In this document: positions 55,221-64,000 of the stretch, piece after piece
How the letters are laid out: every line of letters begins with the position of its first letter
Numbering within the stretch: position 1 is the stretch's first letter
Assembly (NCBI GenBank): GCA_963744995.1
Contig: CAVUWA010000003.1
Location: 155,752-219,751 of the forward strand
Direction: 5' to 3'
Source: Candidatus Eiseniibacteriota bacterium
GTDB taxonomy: Bacteria > Eisenbacteria > RBG-16-71-46
Length of the DNA stretch: 64,000 nucleotides
Translations under genes and position numbers: made by a program
The notes under the pieces: model-generated
The model's input: only the letters and a program-made list of their open reading frames with translations
Told to the model about the DNA's origin: nothing
Database searches by the model: none

Positions 55221-56858
55221 TCAGCGCCCAAGGCGTGCGGCGCGGGCGGCCATCGCGGCCGCGAGCAGGGCGAGCGCCGCGCCGGCGTAGACGAGCGGCA
55301 TGCCGCGCTCGACCGCGGCCCGGGAAGCGCCCATGAAATCGAGCGCGGGCACCGGCTGCAGCGGTCCCACGTACCACCACGCCACGTAAATCGCTTCGAA
55401 CGCGCGCGACGTACCCGTCAGCGTCCCCAGCGCCAGTGCCAGCGCGGGCACGAACGCCGCGCCTGCGAGCAGCGCCGCCATCCCCGCGCCGTCCCCCGCG
55501 AACGCGAGCCGCGCCTCGACCACCGCCCCGGTCGCAAGCGCGAGCAGCGCGCCCGCCGCCCACGCGGCGAGCACCTGCGCCGCGACCGGATGGGGCGCCG
55601 AGAACAGCACCGGTTCGGTGCCGTGGCGCCGCTCGCGCGTGCCGAGCGGCGACCACGCCAGGATCGGCCATACCCAGAGCAGCGGCAGCAGCCGCCCGCG
55701 TGCGATGTCGATCGGCGTCAGCGCGGCGGCAATCGAGAGCCCGAGCACCACCACGAACCAGAACCGCCCGCGCCCGCGCCACGCCAGGCGAAGCTCCGCG
55801 ATGAGCAGCGGCGCGAACGCACGCAGCGGCCCGCCGGCCGCGCGCACCGCAGGTGGCAGCGCCGCAACGTGCGCGTGCGAAGCGGCGGGCCGCGCTGCCG
55901 GCAACGGCGCGGCGCCCCGCCCCCACGGACGCCACGGCGCGCGGCGAGGCGGCGCGCGCGAGGGCGACGCGGCGCGGGCGGGGTCGAACCGGTCGAACGG
56001 GATCGCGGCCGCCAGCGCGATGCCGATCGCGAGCAGCACCCACGCAGCCCGGCCGGCGAGGTCGCCCGCCGTCCAGCGCGGGCCGCTCCAGGGGAACGTG
56101 TGCAGCCGCCAGCCTCCGTCGCGGAACGTGAGCCCCATCGACAGGCTCACCGAATCGGGATCGAACCCGGGCGACGCCTCGCGCGCCGCCGCCACCATCC
56201 CCGGGAGCACCGTGCCGCGTCCGGTCCAGTCGCGGGTCGGGTGGTGAAAGGAGCCACCGATCGAGCTGCTCGAAAGCAGCGCGGTCCACACGAAGAAGTA
56301 TGCGACGTTGCCACCGCCGCCCCGGAGCCCCGGCAGCGTCTCGAACAGCACGGCGAGCGCCGCCGTCAACAGCATGGCCGGCAGCGTGAGCACGACGAAC
56401 GGCATGGCGAGCGCGACGAGGTCGATGCGCGGGTCCTCGCCCCGCAGCACCTGCACCGCGCCCGCGGCCGCCGCCATGACGGCCGTCATCGCCGCCAGCA
56501 CGAGGAAGTTGCTGAGCGTCTTGCCGAGCGTGTAGGCGGACTTCGACAGTCGCGTGGCGGCGAGGATCTCGCCGACGCGCGTCGTGCGGTCGCGGTCCAC
56601 CGCGTTCTTCACGAGGTAGAAACCGACCAGCGAGAGGAACACCCCGGCCAGCAGCGCCACCACGACGCCCACCCAGGCCGACCCGTACGCGCCGCGCCAG
56701 CCGCCGATCTGCAGCGTGGCGTAGGGCGCCACCGCTGGCGGCAGGAACGCGTGCGCCGCGTAGATCGCCGCCGCGAGGGTGAACAGGAACGCCGATGTGC
56801 GCGTGCGCTCGAGGAAGTCGGCGCGCGCCATGTGAATGAGGACGCGCAGGGTGCTCAT
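55221..56858 (-). CDS. ABC-2-type permease-like membrane protein
   Basis: Multiple TM segments; ADFLERTR, YTLGKTLSNF; follows an ABC ATPase. Confidence 0.8.
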   Translation of the reverse strand: MSTLRVLIHMARADFLERTRTSAFLFTLAAAIYAAHAFLPPAVAPYATLQIGGWRGAYGSAWVGVVVALLAGVFLSLVGFYLVKNAVDRDRTTRVGEILAATRLSKSAYTLGKTLSNFLVLAAMTAVMAAAAGAVQVLRGEDPRIDLVALAMPFVVLTLPAMLLTAALAVLFETLPGLRGGGGNVAYFFVWTALLSSSSIGGSFHHPTRDWTGRGTVLPGMVAAAREASPGFDPDSVSLSMGLTFRDGGWRLHTFPWSGPRWTAGDLAGRAAWVLLAIGIALAAAIPFDRFDPARAASPSRAPPRRAPWRPWGRGAAPLPAARPAASHAHVAALPPAVRAAGGPLRAFAPLLIAELRLAWRGRGRFWFVVVLGLSIAAALTPIDIARGRLLPLLWVWPILAWSPLGTRERRHGTEPVLFSAPHPVAAQVLAAWAAGALLALATGAVVEARLAFAGDGAGMAALLAGAAFVPALALALGTLTGTSRAFEAIYVAWWYVGPLQPVPALDFMGASRAAVERGMPLVYAGAALALLAAAMAARAARLGR

Positions 56859-56886
56859 GCGGCGCCGCACGCGGCCGGGGGCCGCG

Positions 56887-57784
56887 TCATGGCGCCGCCG
56901 GCGCGCCCGCGGCCCGCGTGTTCGCCAGCGCCATCAGATAGGCATCTTCGAGCGTCGGCGCCACGGGCCGCGCCTCCGGCGCCGGCGCGGCGTCGGCCAC
57001 CGCGCGCACGCGCAGGCCGTCCGCGCGCTGCGCGGTGCCGCTGACCAGCAGCCGCGCCTTTAGATCCGCGAACGCGCTCATCGGCACCGTCCACTCCCAC
57101 ACCCGTCCTTCGGCAGTGGCCAGCAGCGCCTCGGGCGTCGCCTCTCGCGACCAGCCGGCCGCGCTGGATCAGCGCGATGCGTCCCGCGGTCGCTTCGACG
57201 TCGGAGACGATGTGCGTGGACAGGATCACGATGCGCTCGCCGGACAGCTCGGCCAGCAGGTTGCGGAAGCGCACGCGCTCCTCGGGATCGAGCCCCGCGG
57301 TCGGCTCGTCCACGATCAGCAGGCGCGGATCGTTGAGCAGCGCCTGCGCGATGCCGACGCGCTGGCGCATGCCGCCCGAGAACCCGCCGAGCGGGCGGCG
57401 CGCGGCGTCGGTCAGGTTCACGAGCTCGAGCAACGCCTCGATGCGCGCGCGCGCTGCGCGGCCCGCGAGGCCCTTCGCGGCCGCAACGTACTCCAGGAAC
57501 TCGAGCGCGCTCAGGTTCGGGTACACGCCGAAGTCCTGCGGCAGGTAGCCGAGCACGGCGCGAAGCGAGTCCGGGTCGCGCGTGATGTCGGCGCCATTCC
57601 AGGTCACGACGCCCGCGGTGGGTCGCGTGACGGTGGCGAGGATCCGCATCAGCGTGGACTTGCCGGCGCCGTTCGGTCCCAGCAGTCCGAGCACGCCCGG
57701 GCCGATCTCGAGCGAAAAGTCATCGAGACCGAGCACGTTCCCGCGATAGCGTTTCACGACGCCGCGGATCGAGAGTTGGAGCAT
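56887..57784 (-). CDS. ABC transporter ATP-binding protein, apparent +1 frameshift near 57145
   Basis: GPNGAGKST, FSGGMRQR, DEPTAGLD, STH. The expected C-terminus (TPEALL...PTLEDAYL) is in another frame. Confidence 0.85.
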
Positions 57785-57882
57785 GACGCGGGAGGATACG
57801 CGACGCACCGGCACGCGGGCAGCCGCAATCTTTGAAGGGGACGGCCGGAAGACCCCGGCAGATCAGCAGGCGGGACGCACGC

Positions 57883-58392
57883 TCACGGCGCATCCACGGG
57901 GACGCAGGTCACGGCGATCCCGTGCCCCGGCGCGGGCACGTAGGTGCTGTCGGCGTCGTCGCCGCCGTCCCAGTTTCCCTGGATCACGCACAGCGCCTCG
58001 CGACTGCGGAGCGCGAAGGACGTTCCGTCGGGTCCGTCGGCGTCGTAGGCGATGTCGCGGATCCAGCCGCGCGCCGTCAGCGCGGCCTCGAGCGTCCAGC
58101 AATCGGGCCCTTTCCCCGAGGGATCGTCCATGGACATCGTCAGCGCGGGAACACGGCGCGAAACCACGCGCCATTCCGCGGAGGCCCCGCTGCGGTAGGA
58201 AAACGCCACGCTGTCCCGCGCCCACGTGGCCGAGTCCGCCCACGCGCCGAGCTCCGACCGCAGCACGTGCTCGACGCTGTCGAGCGCAGCGGCGAACGAG
58301 CCGGACGAGGGAACCGGCAGGGAAACGTGCGGCGCCGCACCCGAGGCGGGTGCGGCGCCCAGAACGAGCACGAGGATCAGCGCTCTCGACAT
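57883..58392 (-). CDS. Secreted hypothetical protein
   Basis: Signal peptide; YDADGPDG; 15 bp downstream of mdh. Confidence 0.7.
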   Translation of the reverse strand: MSRALILVLVLGAAPASGAAPHVSLPVPSSGSFAAALDSVEHVLRSELGAWADSATWARDSVAFSYRSGASAEWRVVSRRVPALTMSMDDPSGKGPDCWTLEAALTARGWIRDIAYDADGPDGTSFALRSREALCVIQGNWDGGDDADSTYVPAPGHGIAVTCVPVDAP

Positions 58393-58407
58393 GCCGTGCG
58401 GCGCCGC

Positions 58408-59343
58408 CTACACCCCGACGCTCGACAGCTCCGCGATCGAGGCAGCGACTTCCTTGCCGGACTTCTGCAGCGCTTCGAGCTCGTGTGCGTCGAGCTTCAT
58501 CTCGACGATCTTCTCGACACCCTTGCCGCCGATGATCACCGGGACGCCCACGAACAGGTCCTTGAGGCCGTACTCGCCCTCGAGCAGCACCGAGCACGGG
58601 ATCAGGCGCTTCTGGTCGGTGAGGATCGCCGCGGCCATGTCGACCGCCGACATCGCGGGCGCGTAGTAGGCGGAGCCCGTCTTCAGCAGCTTGACGATCT
58701 CGGCGCCGCCCGCGCGGGTGCGCTGCACGATCTCTTCGATGCGCTGCGCCGGGATCAGTTCGCTGATCGGCACGCCGCCGACCGTCGTGTAGCGCGGCAG
58801 CGGCACCATCGAGTCGCCATGGCCGCCGAGCACCATCGCCGACACGTCGCCGCCCGACACGCCGAGCTCCATGGCGATGAACGTGCGGAAGCGGGTCGAG
58901 TCGAGGATCCCGGCCATGCCCATCACGCGCTGCTTCGGGAAGCCAGTGGTCTTCCAGAACAGCCAGGCCATCACATCGAGCGGATTGGTGACGAGCACCA
59001 CGTAGGCGTCGGGCGCGTGCTTCTTCACCGCCTCGGCGGTCGGACGGATGATGTCGGCGTTGGCCTTGAGCAGATCCGTGCGCGACATACCGGGCTTGCG
59101 CGGAAAGCCGGCGGTCATGATGACGACGTCCGCGCCCTTGACCGCGGCGAGATCGTTCGCGCCCTCGACGGCACCGCCCGTGTGCCAGAGCGGCGTGGCC
59201 TGACGCATGTCGAGCGCTTTGCCCTGCGGCATGCCTTCCACGATGTCGATGAGTGTCACGTCCGCGAGCCCGCGCTGCGCCACGTACAGCGCCGCGCTCG
59301 CCCCGACGTTTCCAGCGCCGATCACGGCGACTTTGTTCTTCAC
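58408..59343 (-). CDS. mdh: Malate dehydrogenase (LDH-like)
   Basis: GAGNVG, RKPGMSR, NPLD, LDSTRF, GGHGD. Confidence 0.96.
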   Translation of the reverse strand: MKNKVAVIGAGNVGASAALYVAQRGLADVTLIDIVEGMPQGKALDMRQATPLWHTGGAVEGANDLAAVKGADVVIMTAGFPRKPGMSRTDLLKANADIIRPTAEAVKKHAPDAYVVLVTNPLDVMAWLFWKTTGFPKQRVMGMAGILDSTRFRTFIAMELGVSGGDVSAMVLGGHGDSMVPLPRYTTVGGVPISELIPAQRIEEIVQRTRAGGAEIVKLLKTGSAYYAPAMSAVDMAAAILTDQKRLIPCSVLLEGEYGLKDLFVGVPVIIGGKGVEKIVEMKLDAHELEALQKSGKEVAASIAELSSVGV

Positions 59344-59539
59344 GACAACCTCCATACGCACGCCCCAGGGCGCGCCGGAATAACGGTGTGTGCGACGCCG
59401 TACGGCGCCGGTACGCCGACCACTCTAAACCAAACGCCACGCACCCGTGAGCCTAGGATCTCGAGGCAGCGTGACGCCGTACCACTTTGGAAGCCCCCTG
59501 GAAGGGCCGCCTGCCGGGCCTCCGCGGCCATGGACGCGC

Positions 59540-60118
59540 CTACGGCCGTTCCGCCTCTCCCCGCGCCCGCTCGAGCAGATCGGCGATCGCCAGCCGGGAG
59601 GCCCAGAGATCCATGTGGGCATCGTCCAGAGAACCCTGTGCCGCGCGCAGAATCGAAACGACATCCAGCCACTGTCGCTCGGAGACCTCGCCGCCGCGAC
59701 GAAACCATTCCAGCTTCCGCAGCACCGTGTCCTCGGGGCTCTTGAGCATGACGGCGGATCCTGCTGCATCGCCGATCGGCTGGCGGATCGATCGCCGCAG
59801 TTCCTCGCTGTCGAAAGGGGTTGGGCCCTTGATGAAGAAGTCCACCTTGAACGACGTGTCTGTGTGGATTGTGTTGAATGTCCCCGCATTCGCAATGGCC
59901 TCGTCCATCGCCGAACGGCTGACGTAGAAGTCCGGCTCGAGCGCCTCTGCGAGCGACGCCAGTTGCTCTGCCGTGGGGTCGATGACGACGTCGATGTCCG
60001 CGGTGGCGCGGAACATTCCATGCGCCGAGCTCGCGATGGACCCGCCCACGTGATAGGGAATGCCGAGTTGCTCGAGCAGACGGGCGACCTGAACGAGGAT
60101 CGCGGTGGGCGGCGTCAC
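59540..60118 (-). CDS. Nucleotidyltransferase-fold protein (putative toxin)
   Basis: GGSIASS..G..RATADID, KVDFF, SPEDTVLRKLEW, SERQWLD. Confidence 0.8.
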   Translation of the reverse strand: MTPPTAILVQVARLLEQLGIPYHVGGSIASSAHGMFRATADIDVVIDPTAEQLASLAEALEPDFYVSRSAMDEAIANAGTFNTIHTDTSFKVDFFIKGPTPFDSEELRRSIRQPIGDAAGSAVMLKSPEDTVLRKLEWFRRGGEVSERQWLDVVSILRAAQGSLDDAHMDLWASRLAIADLLERARGEAERP

Positions 60119-60381
60119 GGTTGCCCTCTCGAGCGACGGCGCCTGGCATGCTCGCGGACCCTCGCGGACAGCTCGGACCCAAGAACGAGCTCCGCGAATC
60201 GAGAGTCGATCTCCGCTTCGTCAGCCTCGGGGTGACGACGCCGGATCCCTTCCCGGGCCATGGAACGCGCAAGGCAGGTGAGTTCGTCCATCAGCTTCAA
60301 ACGCTGCACAGGCGTCAGCCTCCGCAACGCGGCAAACTGCGCTCGGAGCGCCTCGCGCGATGTGTCACCGCCACCGAACAT
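60115..60381 (-). CDS. Small partner protein (putative antitoxin)
   Basis: DTS.EA...RRLTP.QRL...GIRRRHP; overlaps the NTase start by 4 bp; TATACT 6 nt before the ATG suggests a leaderless mRNA. Confidence 0.75.
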   Translation of the reverse strand: MFGGGDTSREALRAQFAALRRLTPVQRLKLMDELTCLARSMAREGIRRRHPEADEAEIDSRFAELVLGSELSARVREHARRRRSRGQP

Positions 60382-60444
60382 GAGCGCAGTATAGGGCGCT
60401 GCGCAGCCACGCGGCCACCTGTGCCGAGGCGTTCCAAACATGGC

Positions 60445-60888
60445 GACTGCGGCCTCCTGGAGCACGGCTTCGCGCGCGTGCGCTGCGAGGTGTGCCGCGC
60501 CGAGTTCCTGGTGGCGTTCCGCTGCAAGGGGCGGCAGTTCTGCCCTTCGTGCCACGCGCGGCGGCTCTCCGAGTGGAGCCTGTGGCTGGAGGAGTCGCTG
60601 CTGCTCGACGTGCCGCACCGCCAGATCGTGCTGACGCTGCCGAAGCGACTCAGGCCCTACCTTCTATATGACCGCCGCCGACTGGGCGGGCTGAGCCGAC
60701 TCGCCGCCCGCGTCCTGAGCCGCTACCTGCAGGCCGCGCTCGGCGATCGCGACGCCGCGCCCGGCGCGATCATCTGTGTACAGACCTTCGGCTCGATCGC
60801 GCACTGGCATCCGCACCTGCACGTGCTGATCACCGACGGCGCGTTCACGCGCGACGCCCGGTTCCACCCCGCCCCAACACACGACTGA
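60445..60888 (+). mobile_element. IS91/ISCR-family transposase, 5' fragment (Zn-binding domain to HUH motif), start missing
   Basis: DCG..HGFARVRC..C..VAFRCKGRQFCPSC, HRQIVLTLP, QTFG, WHPHLH. Confidence 0.9.
60789..60885 (+). repeat. 97-bp direct repeat, copy 1 (HUH-encoding segment)
   Basis: Aligns ungapped to 63170-63266 with 8 mismatches. Confidence 0.95.
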
Positions 60889-60889
60889 A

Positions 60890-61375
60890 TCAACGCTGGA
60901 ACGTGACCGCCCAGTGCTTCGCGGGGAAGAGATAGCCGAGAAGGCCACCGGGAACAGCGAAGACTGCTCCGTAGAGCAGTGCCAGTCCCCCCACCTCGCT
61001 CGAGTCGTTGATCCCGATGAGTGCACCCGTAGCGGCACCAAGTCCGGCGCCGATCGCTGCGCCCAGCAGGCCCCGGCGGCGATACTGCATCACCTCGACC
61101 TGTTCGATCTCGGACCACTCGATCGGGTTACGAAGCACGACCCCGGAAGGCTCCTTCAGCGTGTCCCAGCCGATCCCCGCCTCGACGAGAGCCGGGCCGG
61201 CCAACGTGACGACGCCGTGCTGCGTCTTCACGCGCGTGAGTGGAGCGTTCCGAAACGCCTCATGGAGAACGGCGAGCGTCGTACCGTCCGGCGTCTGGGC
61301 GCGAGCTTCCGGACACGTAGCGAAGAGGGATGCCGTGGACACGGCGACGGACAGAAACAGCAGGGCATGTCGCAT
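60890..61375 (-). CDS. Exported protein with C-terminal Gly-rich hydrophobic hairpin (cargo, paralog A)
   Basis: Signal peptide; NPIEWSEIEQVEV; GAAIGAGLGAATG. Confidence 0.75.
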   Translation of the reverse strand: MRHALLFLSVAVSTASLFATCPEARAQTPDGTTLAVLHEAFRNAPLTRVKTQHGVVTLAGPALVEAGIGWDTLKEPSGVVLRNPIEWSEIEQVEVMQYRRRGLLGAAIGAGLGAATGALIGINDSSEVGGLALLYGAVFAVPGGLLGYLFPAKHWAVTFQR

Positions 61376-61428
61376 GGGGCCAACCCTTTCATCAAAACGC
61401 ACGGTTCAGTGTGCTCCTTCTCGACGCC

Positions 61429-62085
61429 TCAGCGGTGAATGTAGACGGTCTCCCACTTCTGGCTGGCAAATCCAAGCCCGAAGCCGGTGATCGCACCCAG
61501 TCCACCCAGAACAACGCCGCCGGCCGCGGCGCCTGCCGCGACCTGCCCGGGCTCCGCATCCCAGATGAGCATGTAGCCCCCCCCGAGCGCGGCACCGATC
61601 ACACCCATGATCAACGCCCCTCTCATGGTGCTCCGCACCTGGGCCCCAGTCGTCACTTCAACCTGCTGCAGACTGCTCCAGGGAATGGGATTCACCATCC
61701 TCTCCGCGTCGCCTTTGAAGACCCTGGAATAGGAAAGGCCGGATTCCACGGCACGAGGCTGGCCCACCTCGACGCGGCCATGGAGCCACCGCACGCGGGC
61801 GATGGCCTTGCCGCCCAGCTGCGCGTTGAGCGCCGCGATCGCCGCATCGCCCGGTTGAGATGACGAGGTTTCCGGATCCTGAGAGAGGTTTGCGCCCGAC
61901 GAGGCTTCAGCCGCGACCAGCTGCAGATCGTCTACTCGAGGTCTGTACTCGAGGAGAGCAAGCGTGAAAGGTGCGGCCTGGTCAGGCGGGATCTGCCGAC
62001 CGCGCGCGAAAGCAGGCGGCGCGATCCATGAAGCAAGGAGCGAGAGGGTCAGCACGAACAGGTGGGGGTACCAGGTTCTCGACAT
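61429..62085 (-). CDS. Exported protein with C-terminal Gly-rich hydrophobic hairpin (cargo, paralog B)
   Basis: Signal peptide; NPIPWSSLQQVEV; GVIGAALGGG; GGAGG RBS. Confidence 0.75.
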   Translation of the reverse strand: MSRTWYPHLFVLTLSLLASWIAPPAFARGRQIPPDQAAPFTLALLEYRPRVDDLQLVAAEASSGANLSQDPETSSSQPGDAAIAALNAQLGGKAIARVRWLHGRVEVGQPRAVESGLSYSRVFKGDAERMVNPIPWSSLQQVEVTTGAQVRSTMRGALIMGVIGAALGGGYMLIWDAEPGQVAAGAAAGGVVLGGLGAITGFGLGFASQKWETVYIHR

Positions 62086-62344
62086 AGCGGCCTCCAGATG
62101 TTATGTTGGACAGGGGTCGTATCGGATCCTCTCGGTCGGGAGCCTCACGAAGGTACGCATCTGTTTGCGTCCGCTCAACCCAGAACTCCGCGCGAGCTGG
62201 GGCTCGACCGAGACAGCGCAAGTGCTGCCTGCGGCCTCGGAAGCGAGCTCCACCTCTCGGCACGGCGCCTCGCACCGAGAGCAAGGCCGCATCCCGGTTT
62301 GGGTAGCCCTCACGCACCCAGGACGACAGGATCGGAGGTCCCGC

Positions 62345-63088
62345 ATGCGTTCTCGCTACCGCATGATGGCGTTCCTCGCCTGCGCGCTCACGCTTGTGGC
62401 AGGCAACGCATTCGCCCAGAAACCCGCCGTGACACCCACCCCGGTGGATGTCGGCACGATCAACGAGCTCCGCATCGGCACGCCGCTTTCGACCCACACG
62501 GCCTGCACCCTCGGGAACCCGAGCCCTCCAGGGTTCATCCTCAGCTACTTCCTGCCTCCCCCGGACGAGTACTACACGCTGCTGAGAGCGGACCAGTGCT
62601 CCGCCTGTCCGGGCCAGGGCGGCGTCCTGCTCAACGTCGCCCACGTGGTCCTCAGCAATCCGACCCTGTGCGGGCTCCGGGTGACGGTTTCGATCGTGGA
62701 GGCGGACCTGACCGATCCCACGTGTCCCGTCCCTGATCCGGCCAAACCGGTCTGCGACCCGATCAGCTACGACCTCCTTCCTCCTGGGCTTGGGATCTGG
62801 GACTACGCGATGGCGCTTCCCAATGGTTGCTGCATCACGAGCGACTCGTTCCTGCGCATCACCCTCGATGACTTCATCGGCGATTGCACCATCGATGTCC
62901 CGGAACTGGTCGTCTCTGCGGCCTGCAACCCATGCGAGTCGTGGAATTTCTGGGGCGCCGGCAACGAGGACGAGATCTGCAGCATCGGCTTCCTCGGGAA
63001 CTTCGTCCACTACGTCGAAGGCGACTGCTGCGAGACGACGTCCAGCGCGAAGGACAGCTGGGGTCGCGTGAAGTCGATGTACCGGTAG
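62345..63088 (+). CDS. Secreted Cys-rich protein ending in SWGRVKSMYR (cargo)
   Basis: GGAGG RBS, signal peptide ending AFA, 14 Cys in the mature part. Confidence 0.85.
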   Translation: MRSRYRMMAFLACALTLVAGNAFAQKPAVTPTPVDVGTINELRIGTPLSTHTACTLGNPSPPGFILSYFLPPPDEYYTLLRADQCSACPGQGGVLLNVAHVVLSNPTLCGLRVTVSIVEADLTDPTCPVPDPAKPVCDPISYDLLPPGLGIWDYAMALPNGCCITSDSFLRITLDDFIGDCTIDVPELVVSAACNPCESWNFWGAGNEDEICSIGFLGNFVHYVEGDCCETTSSAKDSWGRVKSMYR

Positions 63089-63114
63089 ATCCGAAATACT
63101 CCCGTATCGGCTCC

Positions 63115-63146
63115 AGGCGGCGCCCGGCGAAGAGCGCCGCCTCTTT
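63115..63146 (+). terminator. Terminator after the Cys-rich cargo gene
   Basis: AGGCGGCGC-N10-GCGCCGCCT-CTTT. Confidence 0.6.
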
Positions 63147-63169
63147 GCTCATGCGGTTGCGTTCCGCTG

Positions 63170-63266
63170 CGGCTCGATCGCCCACTGGCACCCGCATCTG
63201 CACGTGCTGATCACCGACGGCGCGTTCACGCGCGGCGGCCGGTTCCACCCCGCCTCCACGCACGAC
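63170..63266 (+). repeat. 97-bp direct repeat, copy 2
   Basis: 2381 bp downstream of copy 1, same orientation and reading register. Confidence 0.95.
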
Positions 63267-63959
63267 CCTGCCCTGCTCCAGGAATCGTTCCGCCGCGCCG
63301 TGCTCGCCTGGTTCGTGCGCGAGGGCTGGCTCGAAGAGGAAGCGGCCGCGGCGATGCTCGCCTGGCCGCACTCGGGCTTCGGCGCGCATGTCGGCCCGCT
63401 GATCGCCGGCGACGATCGAGCGAGCCTCACGCGGGTCGCCCGCTACGGCGCGCGCGCTCCGATCGCCGAGAACCGCCTGCGCTATGACGCCGAGCGTGCC
63501 CAGGTCGAGCTCGTCTCCGACGCCGCCAGCGGCCCCTATGCCGGCGTCCATCGCATGGACGCGCTCGAGTTCCTGGCCCGCTGGGTCACGCACGTGCCTG
63601 ACCCCTACGAGACCCGCGTGCGCTACTACGGTGCCTACGCCACGCGGCGGCGGCTGTGGTGGCGGCGCGCGGGCGTCGTGCCCGAGGGGACGACGCGGCG
63701 CGCCCGCGCAGGGCGCGGTGCCATCCCCCGCGCGGCGCCCACCGACGACTGGCCCGCGCTGCGCGCCCGCCGCCGCCGCTGGGCGGAACTGCTGCGCCGC
63801 GTGTTCGACATCGAAGTCCACGTTTGTCCGGCCTGCGCGGGCGCGATGCGCATCATCGCGTTCGTCACCGCGCCGCGTGCCGTGCGGCGGATCCTCGCCC
63901 ACCTCGACGCGCGCGGGATCGACGCCCGCGCCGGGCCGTGGGCGGACGCGGCGGCGTGA
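63171..63959 (+). mobile_element. IS91/ISCR-family transposase, 3' fragment (HUH, catalytic Tyr, C-terminal Cys knuckle)
   Basis: WHPHLH, WPHSGF, RVARYGARAP, EFLAR..HVP, RYYG, CPACAGAMRIIAFV. Confidence 0.9.
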
Positions 63960-64000
63960 CGCAGGACGCCGGGGACGGAATCCCCTCCCCCGCGATCGGC

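Noticed and set aside
57135..57155. Frameshift in the ABC ATPase as a regulated event
   Set aside because: A single extra base with no slippery run; most likely a sequencing error or a recent mutation.
59529..59539. CATGGACGCGC match to transposase sequence at 63554-63564, next to the toxin stop codon
   Set aside because: Only 11 bp in GC-rich DNA, and the flanks align poorly; probably chance.
62259..62275. CGGCACGGCGCCTCGCA as a sigma54 promoter for the Cys-rich gene
   Set aside because: GG-to-GC spacing is 11 rather than the strict 10.

Overview
High-GC (roughly 70%) bacterial chromosomal window. It is a diderm (kdsA/B/C/D, lptC/B); gene style and a C-terminal WGxVKxxYR motif suggest Candidatus Eisenbacteria or a relative (inference only). 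Core blocks: ahcY, metK, a long minus-strand run (kdsB-pyrG-kdsA-kdsC-kdsD ... lptC-lptB-rpoN-hpf-hprK-mannose-family PTS with an embedded GH57 enzyme-ptsH-ptsI-pgi/pmi-metK) and mdh. Accessory content: two different membrane pyrophosphatases, an M16 peptidase pair, a BlaI/M56 operon sharing a 29-aa repeat with a secreted protein, two toxin-antitoxin-like pairs and a cold-shock gene with a structured leader. Two candidates stand out. (1) An 86-aa signal-peptide protein (GDPD motif) sits 7 bp upstream of a TPR-like, sigma54-dependent activator; both overlap a low-GC, heavily frameshifted segment. This is a candidate peptide-signalling (quorum-sensing-like) module. (2) An ISCR/IS91-type HUH transposase is split in two by about 2.3 kb of cargo genes, flanked by a 97-bp diverged direct repeat covering the HUH motif. 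No tRNA, rRNA or CRISPR array was seen.
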